A stretch of 64,000 nt of DNA from Tubiluchus corallicola (Eukaryota > Animalia > Priapulida). Position 1 is the first letter of the stretch. Every line of letters starts with the position of its first letter. Shown here piece by piece: positions 49,758 through 62,497 of the stretch. Location of the stretch: assembly GCA_030141605.1 (NCBI GenBank), contig JAQGDQ010000021.1, positions 310,001-374,000 on the forward strand, in the 5' to 3' direction. Made by a program: the position numbers and the translations under genes. A model generated the notes under the pieces. The model had not been told where the DNA came from and did not search any database. It saw only the letters and a list, made by a program, of their open reading frames with translations.

Positions 49758-50644
49758 TGTAATGTGGGGCGGATCTCACAATCAAGTATGAGCAATCAGC
49801 GCTCTTATTGTTTGGTAGCGTGTGTCATACTACTCAGTTTTTACTCAATATATTTCTTCAACACAAAACGTGAAACTAATTTTATGCAGTTTTTATGATA
49901 AGATAAGCCTTTAATATTCATAAATGTTGATAATATAAAATTAGTTCAAACCAAATGACAGCAGTTAATTTGTACCCGGGTACCCATTCAATAAACATGT
50001 ATTGCTACACTACTCAAAGTTTACTGACCGGTAATACTTTCAGATGCTACAAACAATACCCAAAAATTACCTTTGGCTAACAAAATAAAATAATCTAACA
50101 GTTCACCAACGCTTGTTAATAGTATGTCCATAAAGTAAAGCTCCATCCACACGAGGTTGTAATGTAAGCTATCAGCACTTTGAACTGAGTCTTAGTTTTA
50201 CCAGCCACTGCCAGTCGAAGCAAGTATCGTTGTACAAAAGGAAGCAACAGGCGGTGGCCTAGTAGTTAAACAAAAGAAACGAGAATTTATCACTTACAGT
50301 CTCAGCATCAATGAAAACATACGTCTGCAATACTTATCGGCGGTAGCACGACGACGAAGGTGGCGGATCCACAACATCGGTGTGCACACCCGGGTGTTTA
50401 GAGCATAGCTGGACTGCGAAGTCACAAGCAGATGGGAGTCGTTCCCGAAAGCATCCTGCGTTGGTAGAACGGTAGTTTGGTTTTTCACGTCAGATGTCAC
50501 AACGTAACTCGATGTAAGCAAATGGAGAACTGGGCTTGATACTAGAACTGCCCACACAAATAGTCACTAGCACGTAGTTGGAACTTTCACTAAACATTAG
50601 CGTTTGGTAGAGCCAGCTAAAGTTGCACGATTTATATGCAAAGA
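49758..50644 (-). repeat. 5' LTR, truncated (887 of 1287 bp)
   Basis: Matches 43347-44233 with four transitions seen by eye. Identity stops abruptly after ATGCAAAGA. Confidence 0.92.
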
Positions 50645-51250
50645 GTGATAACGAAGTATGCTGATATTTGAACACAGAAGAGATGCTAAAAGGTGCTATT
50701 GAGTATATGTGATAAAAGCATTCCCAGAAACTGGGAGACAGAATTAAGAAATTGTAAGTGTGTATGATTTATACTTTATAGAATGAAATGCTGAAAGAAT
50801 GCAAAGCTTATTGAAGTTACAATGGAAAAAAGAAAAAAACAGTTAAAAGTATCTAAAAGTAGAAACTACGAAAAGTGTAATGATACTGTGACAAAACTAA
50901 TTTTATGAAATTCAAAATGTTAAAATTGGAAACAGGCAACTATTTATGTAATGGAATGTGATGGGAAAACAGTATATGAAATTACTGGATGGAAACTAAA
51001 CATGATACGGTTAAAGAGTAATTACAAAAATAAGTATAAGACGATTTGATGTATTCACTGTGTGTGAGGGAATGTGATACGACGGAACATCTGTTGAGTG
51101 TTGAAATATGGGGCAGCTAAAAAAATTTATACAGTGAAAGAAGAAGCAGTAAACACAAGCACATCAGAGAGAGTCAATACATCAGACAAGTGTGAAAATT
51201 TAGAGAAATTATGGAGGTGAATGTAGAGATGTAAGAACAACAGCATGACG
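50645..51250 (+). mobile_element. Probable continuation of the decayed LINE to the right of the LTR element
   Basis: Same A/G-rich, coding-like decayed composition as 42000-42963. No intact motif seen. Confidence 0.4.
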
Positions 51251-51399
51251 GGATACAGTTTTTTGGCTTGCTCCTTTATGATGTGGACATGCAGAAACTT
51301 GTTAGTAACTTAGTATAGTCACTGCATGAATAGCCCTATGTAATACTATGTAACACATACTAATTATCCTGGTCAATTCAATAAAAAAGGATACATATG

Positions 51400-51600
51400 T
51401 TACGTCAGTCGTCACGTGATAATATTTTTATGTATGCTCTGTCATTTCTATGTGTAAGACCTCAGACGTGTATGCTGTATGGTGGCCACAGTGACCGTTA
51501 ACCATGATTACGGCCATAGTTACGGATTTACGGCAGTTAGGTGTTGGAGAGCTCCGCTATTGCGAGATTGTCGTCATTATTAATACATTGAATAGGTGAG
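51400..51600 (+). promoter_or_regulatory. Putative promoter and first non-coding exon of the zinc-finger gene
   Basis: Local CpG enrichment, TTACGTCA (CRE-like) and GTCACGTGA (E-box) at ~51399-51419, and a strong donor ATAG|gtgagt at ~51596. Confidence 0.4.
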
Positions 51601-51859
51601 TAAAAAAAGATAAGTCCTATCGAACATTTAGAACTTTAAAATGATCACTACCTTATAGGCTTATATCAAAAGAGGATAATTGTCCTTGTATCATAGTTCG
51701 GGCAGACCATAATGCGGCCGCATGCGCTGTCTTACAGTATTGCAGTTTTCTGACTTTTTAAGTACCGCTGAAATAATGGTTTACAAAACTTAAGTGAGCA
51801 GTTTGGGCAAAGTGATATGTAATTGGCGTTAATGAGCTGTAACTTACAGAAGTATCACA

Positions 51860-51979
51860 ATATGGCGGACCTTGCGAAAATTAAAATAACAACATTTCCT
51901 AATCCCGTTGAAATACGAAGACTTTTAAACTAGTATGTAAAATGTTATTTGATTTTAATTTTTGCAAGGTCCGCTATAT
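51860..51979. repeat. Short foldback (about 38-bp arms), probable MITE
   Basis: ATATGGCGGACCTTGCGAAAATTAAAATAACAACATTT pairs with AAATGTTATTTGATTTTAATTTTTGCAAGGTCCGCTATAT. Confidence 0.7.
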
Positions 51980-54900
51980 ATTATGTTTTAATATATAATT
52001 TGTTTTATGTATGTATGTTGTATGTACATATGTGTATGTACATATGTTTTTAGTTAACATTTAAAAACTATTTCATGTCACAAAGAAAAGAATAAATGTA
52101 TTTTGCTGTTTAATAACACACGAAAAGGTAGTATTTCCCTAATTCCTATGCTGTATTAATAGGACTCGGTGCGGTAACTAGGCTGACGTAGCTGACTCAT
52201 TGGTAAAGTATAAGTGCAGAAAAACTCGCATATGGCAAAACACTAACTTTCGTGACTCATACATCCTGAGGGTCTTTAGGGCCACAGCATGTAGCAACTA
52301 AATGCTTATTGTTAAGATAACTGAGCAGTTAGTTGAATAGCACCATTAGATGTTTTATTTGCAAATAAAAATGATTTTATTTTCTTATTTGCCCCTGAAT
52401 CTTAACAATTGTTGCCCAGGTACCGACAAGTATGAGAAAAAGGGTTTGATTTTTGCTACTCGTATAAACACTTAGTAGTAAAATGTGAGGTAAAAATGAT
52501 GTAAGTTGAATATCTGCATCTGGGCTGTGACAGTGTACTAACAAAATTTGCCACATGATTTCTTTAGATAATCAAACCATGTGAAATTGCTTGACAAAAT
52601 TACCTTTTACCGTAGTAATTTAACATTTGTCTATTTTAGCTAATATCATTTCAAGAGCAAGAATTACTTATGCGAAAAAATACTCTGATGTGAATCAACT
52701 ATACAAGAAATAATAAGAAACTCCATCACAGTGAGTAAATTTATATACGTACCTTTATAAATTAGCTTACTAGAGGAAGAGACGATAATCATAGTATACT
52801 TTGTTAAATTTATTACATCAGTTGAATTCGTGTTTATCCAACTCATGTTGATGTTATTATAAAAATAGATTCAACTTTGATCTTTACTATCACTTACTGC
52901 ACAAGAGGTCCAAATAGATGAGCTTTTTTGTGCTTTTGGATAGAATTGCTAGCAGCTACTGGCTTATGTTAAAGGGAAGCCAGACCCAATCTTAAGCTAT
53001 AGCTCAAGGCAATTTATCCCATAACATATTGGAAGGGAATCGATTTATATATGGTAGTGATCACGATTAATTCGATTAATCTATTAGTTACCCAGCACTA
53101 AAAGCAAACATACTATTTTTACATTCGTGAGAGAATTATTACCACAGAAACGTAATTTCATATTAGTGCTAATAGTTCTTCAGTGTTACATGCATTTTGC
53201 TTTTTGCTAGTTAGATGGCCACTATTAGAGTCTGCACCTCGGAAGTGCATTGCACAAAAATAGGTGCCCATTTCAGAAGTGTTCTGTTGTGATGTTGTGC
53301 ACATGTTCGGGAGCTCGTGCATGAGCACAGCATTAAACTTAAAATTTGAATTTTAGACTTAAAATTTGCCAAGTTTTTGTATATCACACTGAATGCTGTA
53401 CAGTAGCACTGTACTTCAATTTCTGCTTTTCCAAGCACGTGTAACATGCTCACGGAATGTTTGTGCTGTTGAAAATTATGTGCATTTGTTTATGTCATTA
53501 CTAGTTGCGCTTGCCTACCGGTAATTAAGTTTTTAGCCTATTATTTATCAGAAACATTTGATGTTAGTACAGATGTTAAAATGTATACTTTTCACATGCT
53601 TCAAAATGGGGTAGGGTATGAAAAATCATTATCTGTTTTCTTTTAATATATTACATTTACTACAATATGCAATGTATTAAATACATTTAATTGTAAAATG
53701 TGCTGCTGTAAAATTTGCAAGTCTGTCAAACAAAAGGGATTTACCCCAGTTGTTAATAGAACCTGTGAATGGCTGTGATAAAGGATAGAGTCTTACCAGC
53801 TAGGTGCTCTGGATGGTATATACAGGATAATACGTAACCTTTTGCTAGGGGGATACAAAAACAAGTAGCAGTACAAAAAATTTATTGCATCAAAGTATTG
53901 CTGAAGCAATTACAAATCTATCAAGCCCTCAATATTTAGTATTGGAAGTCTCACACAGCCTGCGATCTTGAAGGTATGATCACAGCAGGGACCTGAAAAG
54001 TATAGGATTACTGAAATTTTCTCAAATGAATTGAGGTTATTTACTCCCTTATATGTGTGTAGTACTAACTTTACACGAATGCACGCAGGTTGAAACTGGC
54101 CACTAACCAATTAACTAATAACAAAGGCGGCATTCGTCCACTGCTAGGTAGCGCTTGCGGCAGCTGACAATACTGTTGAGCTGTTGCATTATGTACCGGG
54201 GGTTAAAGAGGCGCACATTAGACAATACCGCAGAATATTTTCACATTAGTAATTAAGTCTGCTCGTTTTTAGCACTACAGTTGGCATTGGGGAACTCAGT
54301 CATTTGTAACAAATGGCCCGTTACAAATATTTGGTCTTTTGATGCCAAAGTTGCACTTGAAAAATTGACAACAGAGTATTAATGCATGTTGCTACCATTT
54401 TCTGCTCATATTTATTCATAGTCTCACATCTATGCCGGATCTACAATGAGCTCATAATCATGTAAGCCAATAACTTGGTGATTTAACATGTTTTGGCAGT
54501 TTTACAGCATTTCAAGTAATGCAGAGCAAAATCATTAGCGTGAATCTACCCAAATGAATATTCCGGTTGCCTAACGCAGCTTGAAACTAAAACTAATTTG
54601 TTTGACACCTGACACAATGGGGCTAGCCTATTCCGAAGTCGACTATCCGCGATCAATGTTAATTAGGTGTAACATATTTTCGTACAATAGCGAACAATAG
54701 GGCTTGCACCGCGTGGCCTTCGTGTAAACTCCATGTGTGTGTGTGTGGGGGGGGGTGCGTGCGTGCGTGTGGGTATCAGGGTTCCTATCCTGTTCGGCAA
54801 CGAAAATCCGGATCCTCGCTATTCTTTTTTGTTTGACATAATGCTTCTAAGTTCAAATCTGCACGTTTCAAGAGACAAGAGAGTAGTTGAGTGGTAAGGG

Positions 54901-55201
54901 TGTGTGCTTATGGTTCAAAATTAAGAGAAGCACCACCACCTGCTACAACAGTTTTATCTTTCATTGCCCCAGCAGTTTACCTAGTTGAAAGAGGCATCCA
55001 TATGTGGCTAAGACATTTCAGCAGCTAAGTGTTTGCTTTGAGAATTATCTTTGTAATGAATTAAGTTCTTGTCCCTCAATAACCGTCTAAATTAAGTGGG
55101 TACAGTTGTTGAGTGTGGAATTCTGGCTTGTAGAGCACTCAACTTATACAGAAAAATGCTTCCTACAAATCACATAAGTCCATATTTCGCTTCTACAGGG
55201 A

Positions 55202-55662
55202 ATGCCTTCGGAGGCTCAAAATCAGCTTGAGGAAGGCAATCAATCTGAATGTAGCTGCAATTGCCAAAGTGCAAGTACTGATACCGGTTCCAGTGGTACA
55301 TTCCGCTGCGGTGAGTGCGACAAGAGGTACAATGAGCGTAATAGTCTCATGCTTCATATGAGTCGGTCACATCAGAGACAACACATGATACATAAGTGCA
55401 CAACTTGTCATCGAAAATTTTCCTCTCCAGAAAATTTGGCTGTACACCATTGTATAGACATGGATGGTCACTTTTCGTGCATTTACTGTACTGAGATGTT
55501 TGAGAAGCAATCCGAGCGTGGGCATCACATTATGGAGGAACACGTGAAGTACAAAAAGGTCTTGTGTGGGCTGTGCGAATGCGGGTTCAGGACTTACGAT
55601 GTGATGCGAACGCACGTGGAAAAAATTCATCCTGAGAAGAAAGTTGTCATGAATTGTATGAC
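55202..55662 (+). CDS. C2H2 zinc-finger protein, main coding exon
   Basis: Acceptor ttctacag| at 55198 and donor AC|gtaagt. Fingers: CGECDKRY...HMSRSH, CTTCHRKF...HHC, CIYCTEMF...HIMEEH and CGLCECGF...HVEKIH. Ends in CMT, which the next exon completes. Confidence 0.85.
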
Positions 55663-56981
55663 GTAAGTAAATTAGTCTGTGTTATCATTTTTCAGTGCTT
55701 GATCTTGGTCAAGTCTGAGACCAAAGTCAAGTAATGGCTAAAATCTTTATTGGTGCCTGTTTGACTAACATCTTTGTCTGTGCATTTGTCCACAATTTCT
55801 TTCTAAACTTGGCAGACTATTATTATCAATATACATTAGAACTGCTGTTCCTGATATTAAAAATCAATGTCACAGTTGTCCTTGATATATAAAAAAGTTT
55901 ATACAGACTGACATAGTTTAAATAAAAAGTGTTAAAGGCCAAGTAAACACTCTTGATAAAATAAAACTTTAAAAATGTCTTGAAATTTGTATGTCTTGCA
56001 TGCTGTTTTAATGCATACAGAGCTTGCATTTGCAACAATTTGTAATAAAATTGTAAATAAGCCTTTCAAACATGTATGTGTAATGCTAAGTAATATAACT
56101 TTGTATGGAAAGGTTTTTGGAATGTACTTTAAAATTCCCTTTTCTTCCTGTTTAACTTAGCAGGTGTCTGAGTTTCTTACATTCGATTTTGTTTGAAATG
56201 GTGGGCGCGTATTTGTAATTAATGTATATTGTATTCTTTTATAATATCAAACAAAGGCCATTTTACATTATATTGTATATTTGCTGTCTTTGTAGCTTTT
56301 CTTTTACCAATTTCTGATATCATTTGATAAGTTATGGTAAGATACATTATTATGTGCTTGACCTTGTGGTGATGCACCTGTTCAAGAAAATTGATTTTGC
56401 CTATAGGTGGTGCTATTGTTCTAGGACCTTGTCTGACAGTCCATTGTCCAGACATGTGACAATTTTTTGTAAAACAACAGCTTCACAATATTTATTCACT
56501 TGGTAGCAACACAATGTCATATTAACAAAATCTTACAGCAAAATTAATGTAATTTTTTGCATTTAGTTTTAAGTATACTTCTTTGAAACAACGTTTTTTA
56601 ACAGATATGCTTACAAAACAGACAGAGCAGTATTTAACTATGCCTGTTTTGTTGCTTTAAATTTGTTTTAAGAAAACTTTAGTGCTTGGGAACTTTATTG
56701 AGATGCATAAAAAAGGGCAGCCATCACAGTCTGAAGCCACAAACTGCAACCGCAAGTGAAAGCAAGAAGTTTGTAAATTTCTAACACAAATAACAATATG
56801 TTGGCCATGTCACATTATACAAGCAAACCACAATAATGTATAATAAAAACTTTGTTTAAATTTACATGCAAACCGTCTGAAGGAGATACGTAATTTCTAA
56901 TAAAAATAGAAGACATTTATTTATGGTTCTCTGCAATTCACATTTTTATAAATTATGCTAGTACTTTTCTTTGGTTTTTAG

Positions 56982-57145
56982 TTGCAAATTTTCCTCTCAC
57001 GATGTGGATGAGTTATCTCAACATGACTGTGGTTCTGAAAAGGATGCTGTCAGGGATGGTGATGCTGAAACAGGTGTGATATTGAATGATTTAAAAAAGT
57101 TCATCAACAAAAGCAGTACAGAAGGGAGTCATGTAGTACAAAAAG
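56982..57145 (+). CDS. Zinc-finger gene exon completing the fifth (C2HC) finger
   Basis: ttttag|T TGC AAA gives CMTCKFSSHDVDELSQHDC in phase 2. The donor is at 57146 (in frame with the next exon) or at 57151. Confidence 0.75.
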
Positions 57146-57617
57146 GTTCTGTAAGCTGCATATTCAAGTTAACATATATATTTAACAACAAACAGTAAAG
57201 AAAATACTGTCTGCATTAGTTGAACCTTTATTCCTACGTGATTTTATACTCTGGTCCTGAATGTGTGCAACAGGTTGAAGTAAATGTATTCCATCATTGA
57301 TTATACATAAATTCTCCAATGCGCTGGGGCATATGGAGAATTTCCATGCGAAAGCAGGTGGTCAGAGAAATGTCCACAAACCATTTGCTCTGTGTGATAG
57401 ATAAATTAAGTTTTTTAATTCATTTAAACTAAAATCTTTGACTATGTTGTTCAAAATGAATTGTGTAAATTTTCAGCTGAAAATTGCACAATGACACTTA
57501 CTTTGGAACAAAATATGCATATTGTAAATAAATTATACATAGTATTCTTGCCTACTTAAGTATGCAAGAACTTGACAATTTTTTGTTTTCATTTTATTTT
57601 TTCAAATATCTCTTCAG

Positions 57618-57690
57618 TAAGGGAATTGTTTGAGGAACCACAAAGGACAAACGACGAAGCATATACTGGCGACGTATCTAGTAATGCAAA
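57618..57690 (+). CDS. Zinc-finger gene exon (VRELFEEPQRTNDEAYTGDVSSNA)
   Basis: tcttcag| ... AA|gtatga. Open frame, phase-compatible with the 59002 exon. Confidence 0.55.
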
Positions 57691-58103
57691 GTATGAAACA
57701 TTTTTAACTTTAACATAGATATAGCACTGTGTGGCAGTGTGTACTGTATAAGCTAGTTATATGTACTTTATTCAGAAAAATTGCATTGCTAGTTTACTGA
57801 CATAGTGTTAAGGTATACATGCACACTAAAATTGCATATTGTGCAACAGCTTTACTTTTCTTAAGTATTCAATTTTTTGTGGAAGAGCAAAAATTAGTAC
57901 TTGGTTATAACGGCCAAGCAAAAACATTTTAGGAATCTCAGGATTATGCGTTATGAACTTATGAACCACTTGTGCAAGATTGAAACTTAGATTTTAAGAT
58001 TTTGAGCAGTCGATTGACAGTTAAGTGAGGCAAGCCACCTCTCAAGTTCACAGGTGCATTTTTGGATTTAGACAAGCCATGTTGATGAACTAAGTATAAG
58101 CTA

Positions 58104-58586
58104 CCGTATTTTCCCGTGTATAAGAGACCCTTTTTTGCTCAGAATTTTCACTTTAAAAATAGGGGGTCTCTTATACATGGGAGTAAGTCTTTTCAATAAG
58201 ATGCATAAATTGTGACACTAATGATTTTAAAGAAATAAGTGCTCTACAACTGTTTTATTTCGAATAATTATAGTTTCCTTTCAATAGATCTTCTCCATGG
58301 CTAAATTCTAATGATAAAATTAATGTACCGGGTAAGTTATTATTTTTTTAAATGTCAAAAGAGGACAATGCCATTTTTGAGCAGAGTGACTCCTCTGATG
58401 ATGAACTGGCTGGAATTGCTGAAGGTCTGACTCCAGTTGATATTTTTGATGAGAGTGATGAGGAATTTAATGATTTCTATGATGAATAAAGTTATTCATT
58501 ACCAAAAAACTTTTTTCCAGAATTTTTGCCTAAAAATTGAAGGGGTCTCTTATACACAAGGGTCTCTTATACATGGGAAAATACGG
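58104..58586 (+). mobile_element. pogo/Tc1-mariner non-autonomous element with a transposase tail remnant
   Basis: TIRs CCGTATTTTCCCGTGTATAAGAGACCC / GGGTCTCTTATACATGGGAAAATACGG with TA on both sides. Subterminal TIR copies are present, plus an acidic remnant EDNAIFEQSDSSDDE...DESDEEFNDF. Confidence 0.85.
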
Positions 58587-59001
58587 TAATTAGAATTGCT
58601 TTTCAGTAATAGCATGTAGTCGATAATTAGTCAACAAAAGCCGTTTTTAGAGTTTCATCATAGGCCATATTTACGCCCATTTCAAAAACAGTGAGGCCAT
58701 AAACAGTGAGGACATGAGATTAATTGTTTCGTGGAACTGTTTTGCAAACAAAATCATTTATTTATAAGTAGTAATAGTAGTTATTTAGTGACTTTCAGTG
58801 TGACAAATTTCCTAAAATATCGATCAGAACCAGTCACTACTCAAAGAAATTACCCTTGAAAGGCAGGCGACATTATAAATTTTTTATGTGTTGTCTTTTG
58901 TGACCTAGGAGTAAAATTTAGCAGTTTCTCGTTATAACCGAGACGATTGTAATTTAATCTGTTATGCATTGAGTAATAACAAGAGCTTTTTCTTGCTATA
59001 G

Positions 59002-59090
59002 TAACCTCAAGGCTTCCAGTATAAATAAACTGAATGAGGATGAGCTTGAAGAAGTACCAGCAAAGAAAGCAAGGAGAAAAGCAAATACAT
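59002..59090 (+). CDS. Zinc-finger gene exon with NLS-like PAKKARRK
   Basis: gctatag|T AAC...ACA T|gtaagt. Reads NLKASSINKLNEDELEEVPAKKARRKANT. Confidence 0.65.
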
Positions 59091-59959
59091 GTAAGTTGAA
59101 TTATGCTGAACTAGACTATGAAAAGACATAACAGTGCAGGTTGATATTCAAAAAATTTTTGAATACATTCAGTCATTATTTGACTTTGGCTGCTGATAGA
59201 GAATTCCGTCTCATAGTTCTTGTTTTATCAGCAACATTTTAGGTTAGAGCTGTTTTCTCACTCATTTCATTGAGTTCCAATGGTAACACTATCGTTTACA
59301 TCATTTGTTGAACTGGATTAGAGTTTGTGACTTACGAATTAGCATAGCCTTTTGCTTGTACAATTTCAAAAGTGGGTTGGAAAAGAATACATTTGCACAG
59401 GCCACCTTCTTTTATGGACCCAGATCCTCTTAGCATACAATGACCCAGCCAGTGCTTTCATGAAACTGGTTAAAGACCGAGCAGTTTTGAAGTTTATCAG
59501 TTAATCATTTCCTACCTCAAAACTTGTCCCTTTTCTTTGGGATGCCAGAAAACTGCAAAAATGTTTTTGTGGTTTCCTAAATGACATGCTTGCAACAGTA
59601 TCAACAGTATACGACAATGTCAGTTTATTGTTGGAATAATAGAAATGCATATTCTCCAAGTCAGATGATTCCGTCTTTTTAATTATTCACTTGAGGTTGG
59701 AACCCCTTAAAAATGTGTTTCGTAACGTTAGGATAGCGTGTGTTCTGTTTGTATAATTTTTAGGTAGATGGTAATAAATTTAGGTGTATTTTTAGGTAGA
59801 TGGTAACACTGTAAGTAGTAAAGGTGACCAGAGGACGTCTGCATCTGCATAATTTAATTTCCTTGTCAGATTTGCACCTCGCCGCATTAATCTATGTCCT
59901 TACAGTATCTCATACGGGATTTTAAAATCCGCAAAAAGATGAAGGCATTTAAAAGTGTA

Positions 59960-60391
59960 CACTCGTATCTCGGTTTGCCGGACCTCGCTTTTACCGAAAA
60001 TTGAAAGAATCAGACAAAATCTAGACCGTTGAAAAAACTGCATAGTCCATTGTTTCGCAAGCTCACCAATTGCAGTGATCACTTTGTTTACATCATTATA
60101 TTAGTGTAACCACGTGTATATCTCTACACATAAAAAATATAGAGTCAGTTACCTATGCGGAGCTGTTTGAGTCAATTGCCAACAGTTTTTATACACATAG
60201 CAGTTTACGTCAGTTTTGCATAGGAGCGGCCCGCACTAGACGTTTTTGAGACAATTAGGTGATTGATTCGACATTACCGTGAGTCTAACGCATGGTGCCT
60301 ACTGTATTAGCTCAGTATCAGTAAATACGTACAATTGGCAAATTCGGACTAATGTTTCCCTGCTTTTGTCCAAAAAACCGAGATATGAGTG
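59960..60391. mobile_element. Tc1/mariner-pogo-type MITE
   Basis: TIRs CACTCGTATCTCGGTTT / AAACCGAGATATGAGTG with a TA TSD on both sides. Confidence 0.75.
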
Positions 60392-61159
60392 TATTATTAT
60401 GCGTAATAAAACTAGCAGACATGTTAAGGGTTATATTTTACTGCAAATTACTCTGTGACTGTAAGGTTTTATTTTGCTGTTGGTATATTTAATTTTTACG
60501 TCTGAACTGCCTGCATTTAGCAAAAGCACAAGCAAACTGTAAATAGTAAATTGTACGTGGGAGAATGGAAAATTGATTGTTCTTGCTTAAACTTAATTGT
60601 CAATAATTTATTGCTTGTTTCTTAACTTCTATTGTGCGTAGCTGTTACTGAGTCTGCAAAATGCGCAAAGAAAAATCGAGTCTAGTCCGCTGTGGTAAAT
60701 CTGTAACATTCTTAAATCCTTGTGCATTTAAAGTCCGCAAAAATGTGTGTATATTGACTGCTCTTATCTTTGATACGTAGTGCTGGTAATTCTCTATTAT
60801 GCATACTTAGTAATTAGTGTACTGGCACGACTGACAAAAACAGGAAGCAGTAAAAGCAAGCTCTCCTGAAAGAGTGCTTATAATCTATGGTGTATGATGG
60901 TCGTTACTGAATACATAACTAAACTTTTACTGAATTTATCAGTTCACTGCAGACAATAAAGACAAATGAGTTAGTTGATCATTTTTGTAAAAGAAGCAAT
61001 TTCTAGTTACAGTGCATAATTTACTAAATACTACCAGGTACAGAAAAAAATCAGGCTGTTTATTTTCCATTTTCTTATACGAATATTAAATTCTTCTTCT
61101 AAGAAAATGATTTTTTGTGTTGTAGGTCTAAATTTATTTACCACTTTTTGTTTTTAAAG

Positions 61160-61206
61160 GTCCAAATGCTAGTAATAGAAGAAGAAGTCCTAGGACCAAG
61201 AAATGA
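61160..61206 (+). CDS. Probable last coding exon of the zinc-finger gene (CPNASNRRRSPRTKK*)
   Basis: tttttaaag|GT CCA...AAA TGA G|gtatct. Phase 1 is compatible with 59090. A further acceptor at 61906 may start a 3' UTR exon. Confidence 0.5.
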
Positions 61207-62245
61207 GGTATCTGTTTTAATTATATGCTGAAAACCATTTATCTTTTAGTTTTAAATATAAAAACAAAGCAGCCTTATGACTTAATTAAAAATTTATCTG
61301 GTCTCACTGTCGCAGCAAGGACTGGAAAGTGTCATTTTTTGTACAGTAAATGGTAGAATGCTTAAGTAATTTACCAGAGAAAATTAATGTTATAATATGG
61401 ATTTCAGTGTAAAATGTAAAAAATGCTGAAGCAAGAAATTTTATTCTTGTATTACAGATATTTGCTCTTTATACTGTATTTGATTATTACACCAGTTAAA
61501 TATAGAAGCAACTAGATACAGATATGTTAGATATATTTGATTTGAATGTATTAATGCCCATACAGATGCCCATATTGCTTGATCTGTGTGAACTGCATAT
61601 AACTGTTTGCAAAGAGTAGTACCCTGTCATGTTAATCTATCCAAGGGCTTTGTGATTTAGATTTTTCAGTATATTTAAGTGCATTAAAACAAAATCAGTG
61701 AAATGTAATGTGCAAAATTGCTTAGAATTACCGTTTTCACTTTGTCTTTTCAACTTTGTCATCTGTGACCAGTAAACAAAAGAAACACAGTGCATTCGAT
61801 ATTAATAAGAAAGCTATTCTATTGTTATTAATATTAATTATTTTGTGAATTTATTTTTCATAAAGTTAATTAAAATATATTTGGAAACTATATATGTATT
61901 TTCCAGATAAATGCAAAATGAGAGAACAACACAGAATAAACTGAGTTAATAAGTGACAAACTTTTCAAAATATGCATATATGTTTAGATTCACTTAACAA
62001 TGTTTAATATAATATTACCATTCACCAGCTGTGCATGCATTAGTAAAGACAAATGTTAAACAAAACAGTGGCAAATAAAGGAAACTCATTTTTTACGCTA
62101 ATCAAACTAGCGCAAGAAAGTCATACAATTAAAAAAGTGAAGTGTATCATAAATCAGGCCTGTGATGAAGATGAATTTTTTACAGTGCTGACTCTGCTGT
62201 GCTGCAAGGTGTGCACCTAACTTCATCATTATGCCATCATTATTA

Positions 62246-62497
62246 CAGCATACATTAATGCTGTCAGCTTTTCCTTTATTTCCGCTAGACACGTTAGCTA
62301 CTACCGTTCCTAACATAATAAATATGCACAGCATGCATTAATGCTGTCAGCTTTTCCTTTATTTCCCCTAAACACGTTAGCTACTACCTTTCCTAACATA
62401 ATAAATATGCACAGCATGCATTAATGCTGTCAGCTTTTCCTTTATTTCCCCTAGACACGTTAGCTACTACCTTTCCTAACATAATAAATATACACAG
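62246..62497. repeat. Three tandem copies of an 83-bp unit
   Basis: CAGCATRCATTAATGCTGTCAGCTTTTCCTTTATTTCC...CCTAACATAATAAATATGCA repeats at 62246, 62329 and 62412. Confidence 0.95.

Larger units (their letters stand above)
43347..50644 (-). mobile_element. Ty3/Gypsy LTR retrotransposon, Gmr1-like clade (Gag-PR-IN-RT-RH)
   Basis: Paired LTRs, PBS and PPT are present. Gypsy-type RT/RNase H and integrase sequences, with integrase encoded upstream of RT. Confidence 0.93.

Noticed and set aside
59755-60695. Additional ZF-gene micro-exons (~59800-59810 and 60642-60694)
   Set aside because: Splice-like signals exist, but I could not build a phase-consistent chain to 61160 without stops, so they are left uncalled.
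62246-62497. CRISPR-like array
   Set aside because: The units are head-to-tail near-identical repeats with no unique spacers, in a eukaryotic context with no cas genes.
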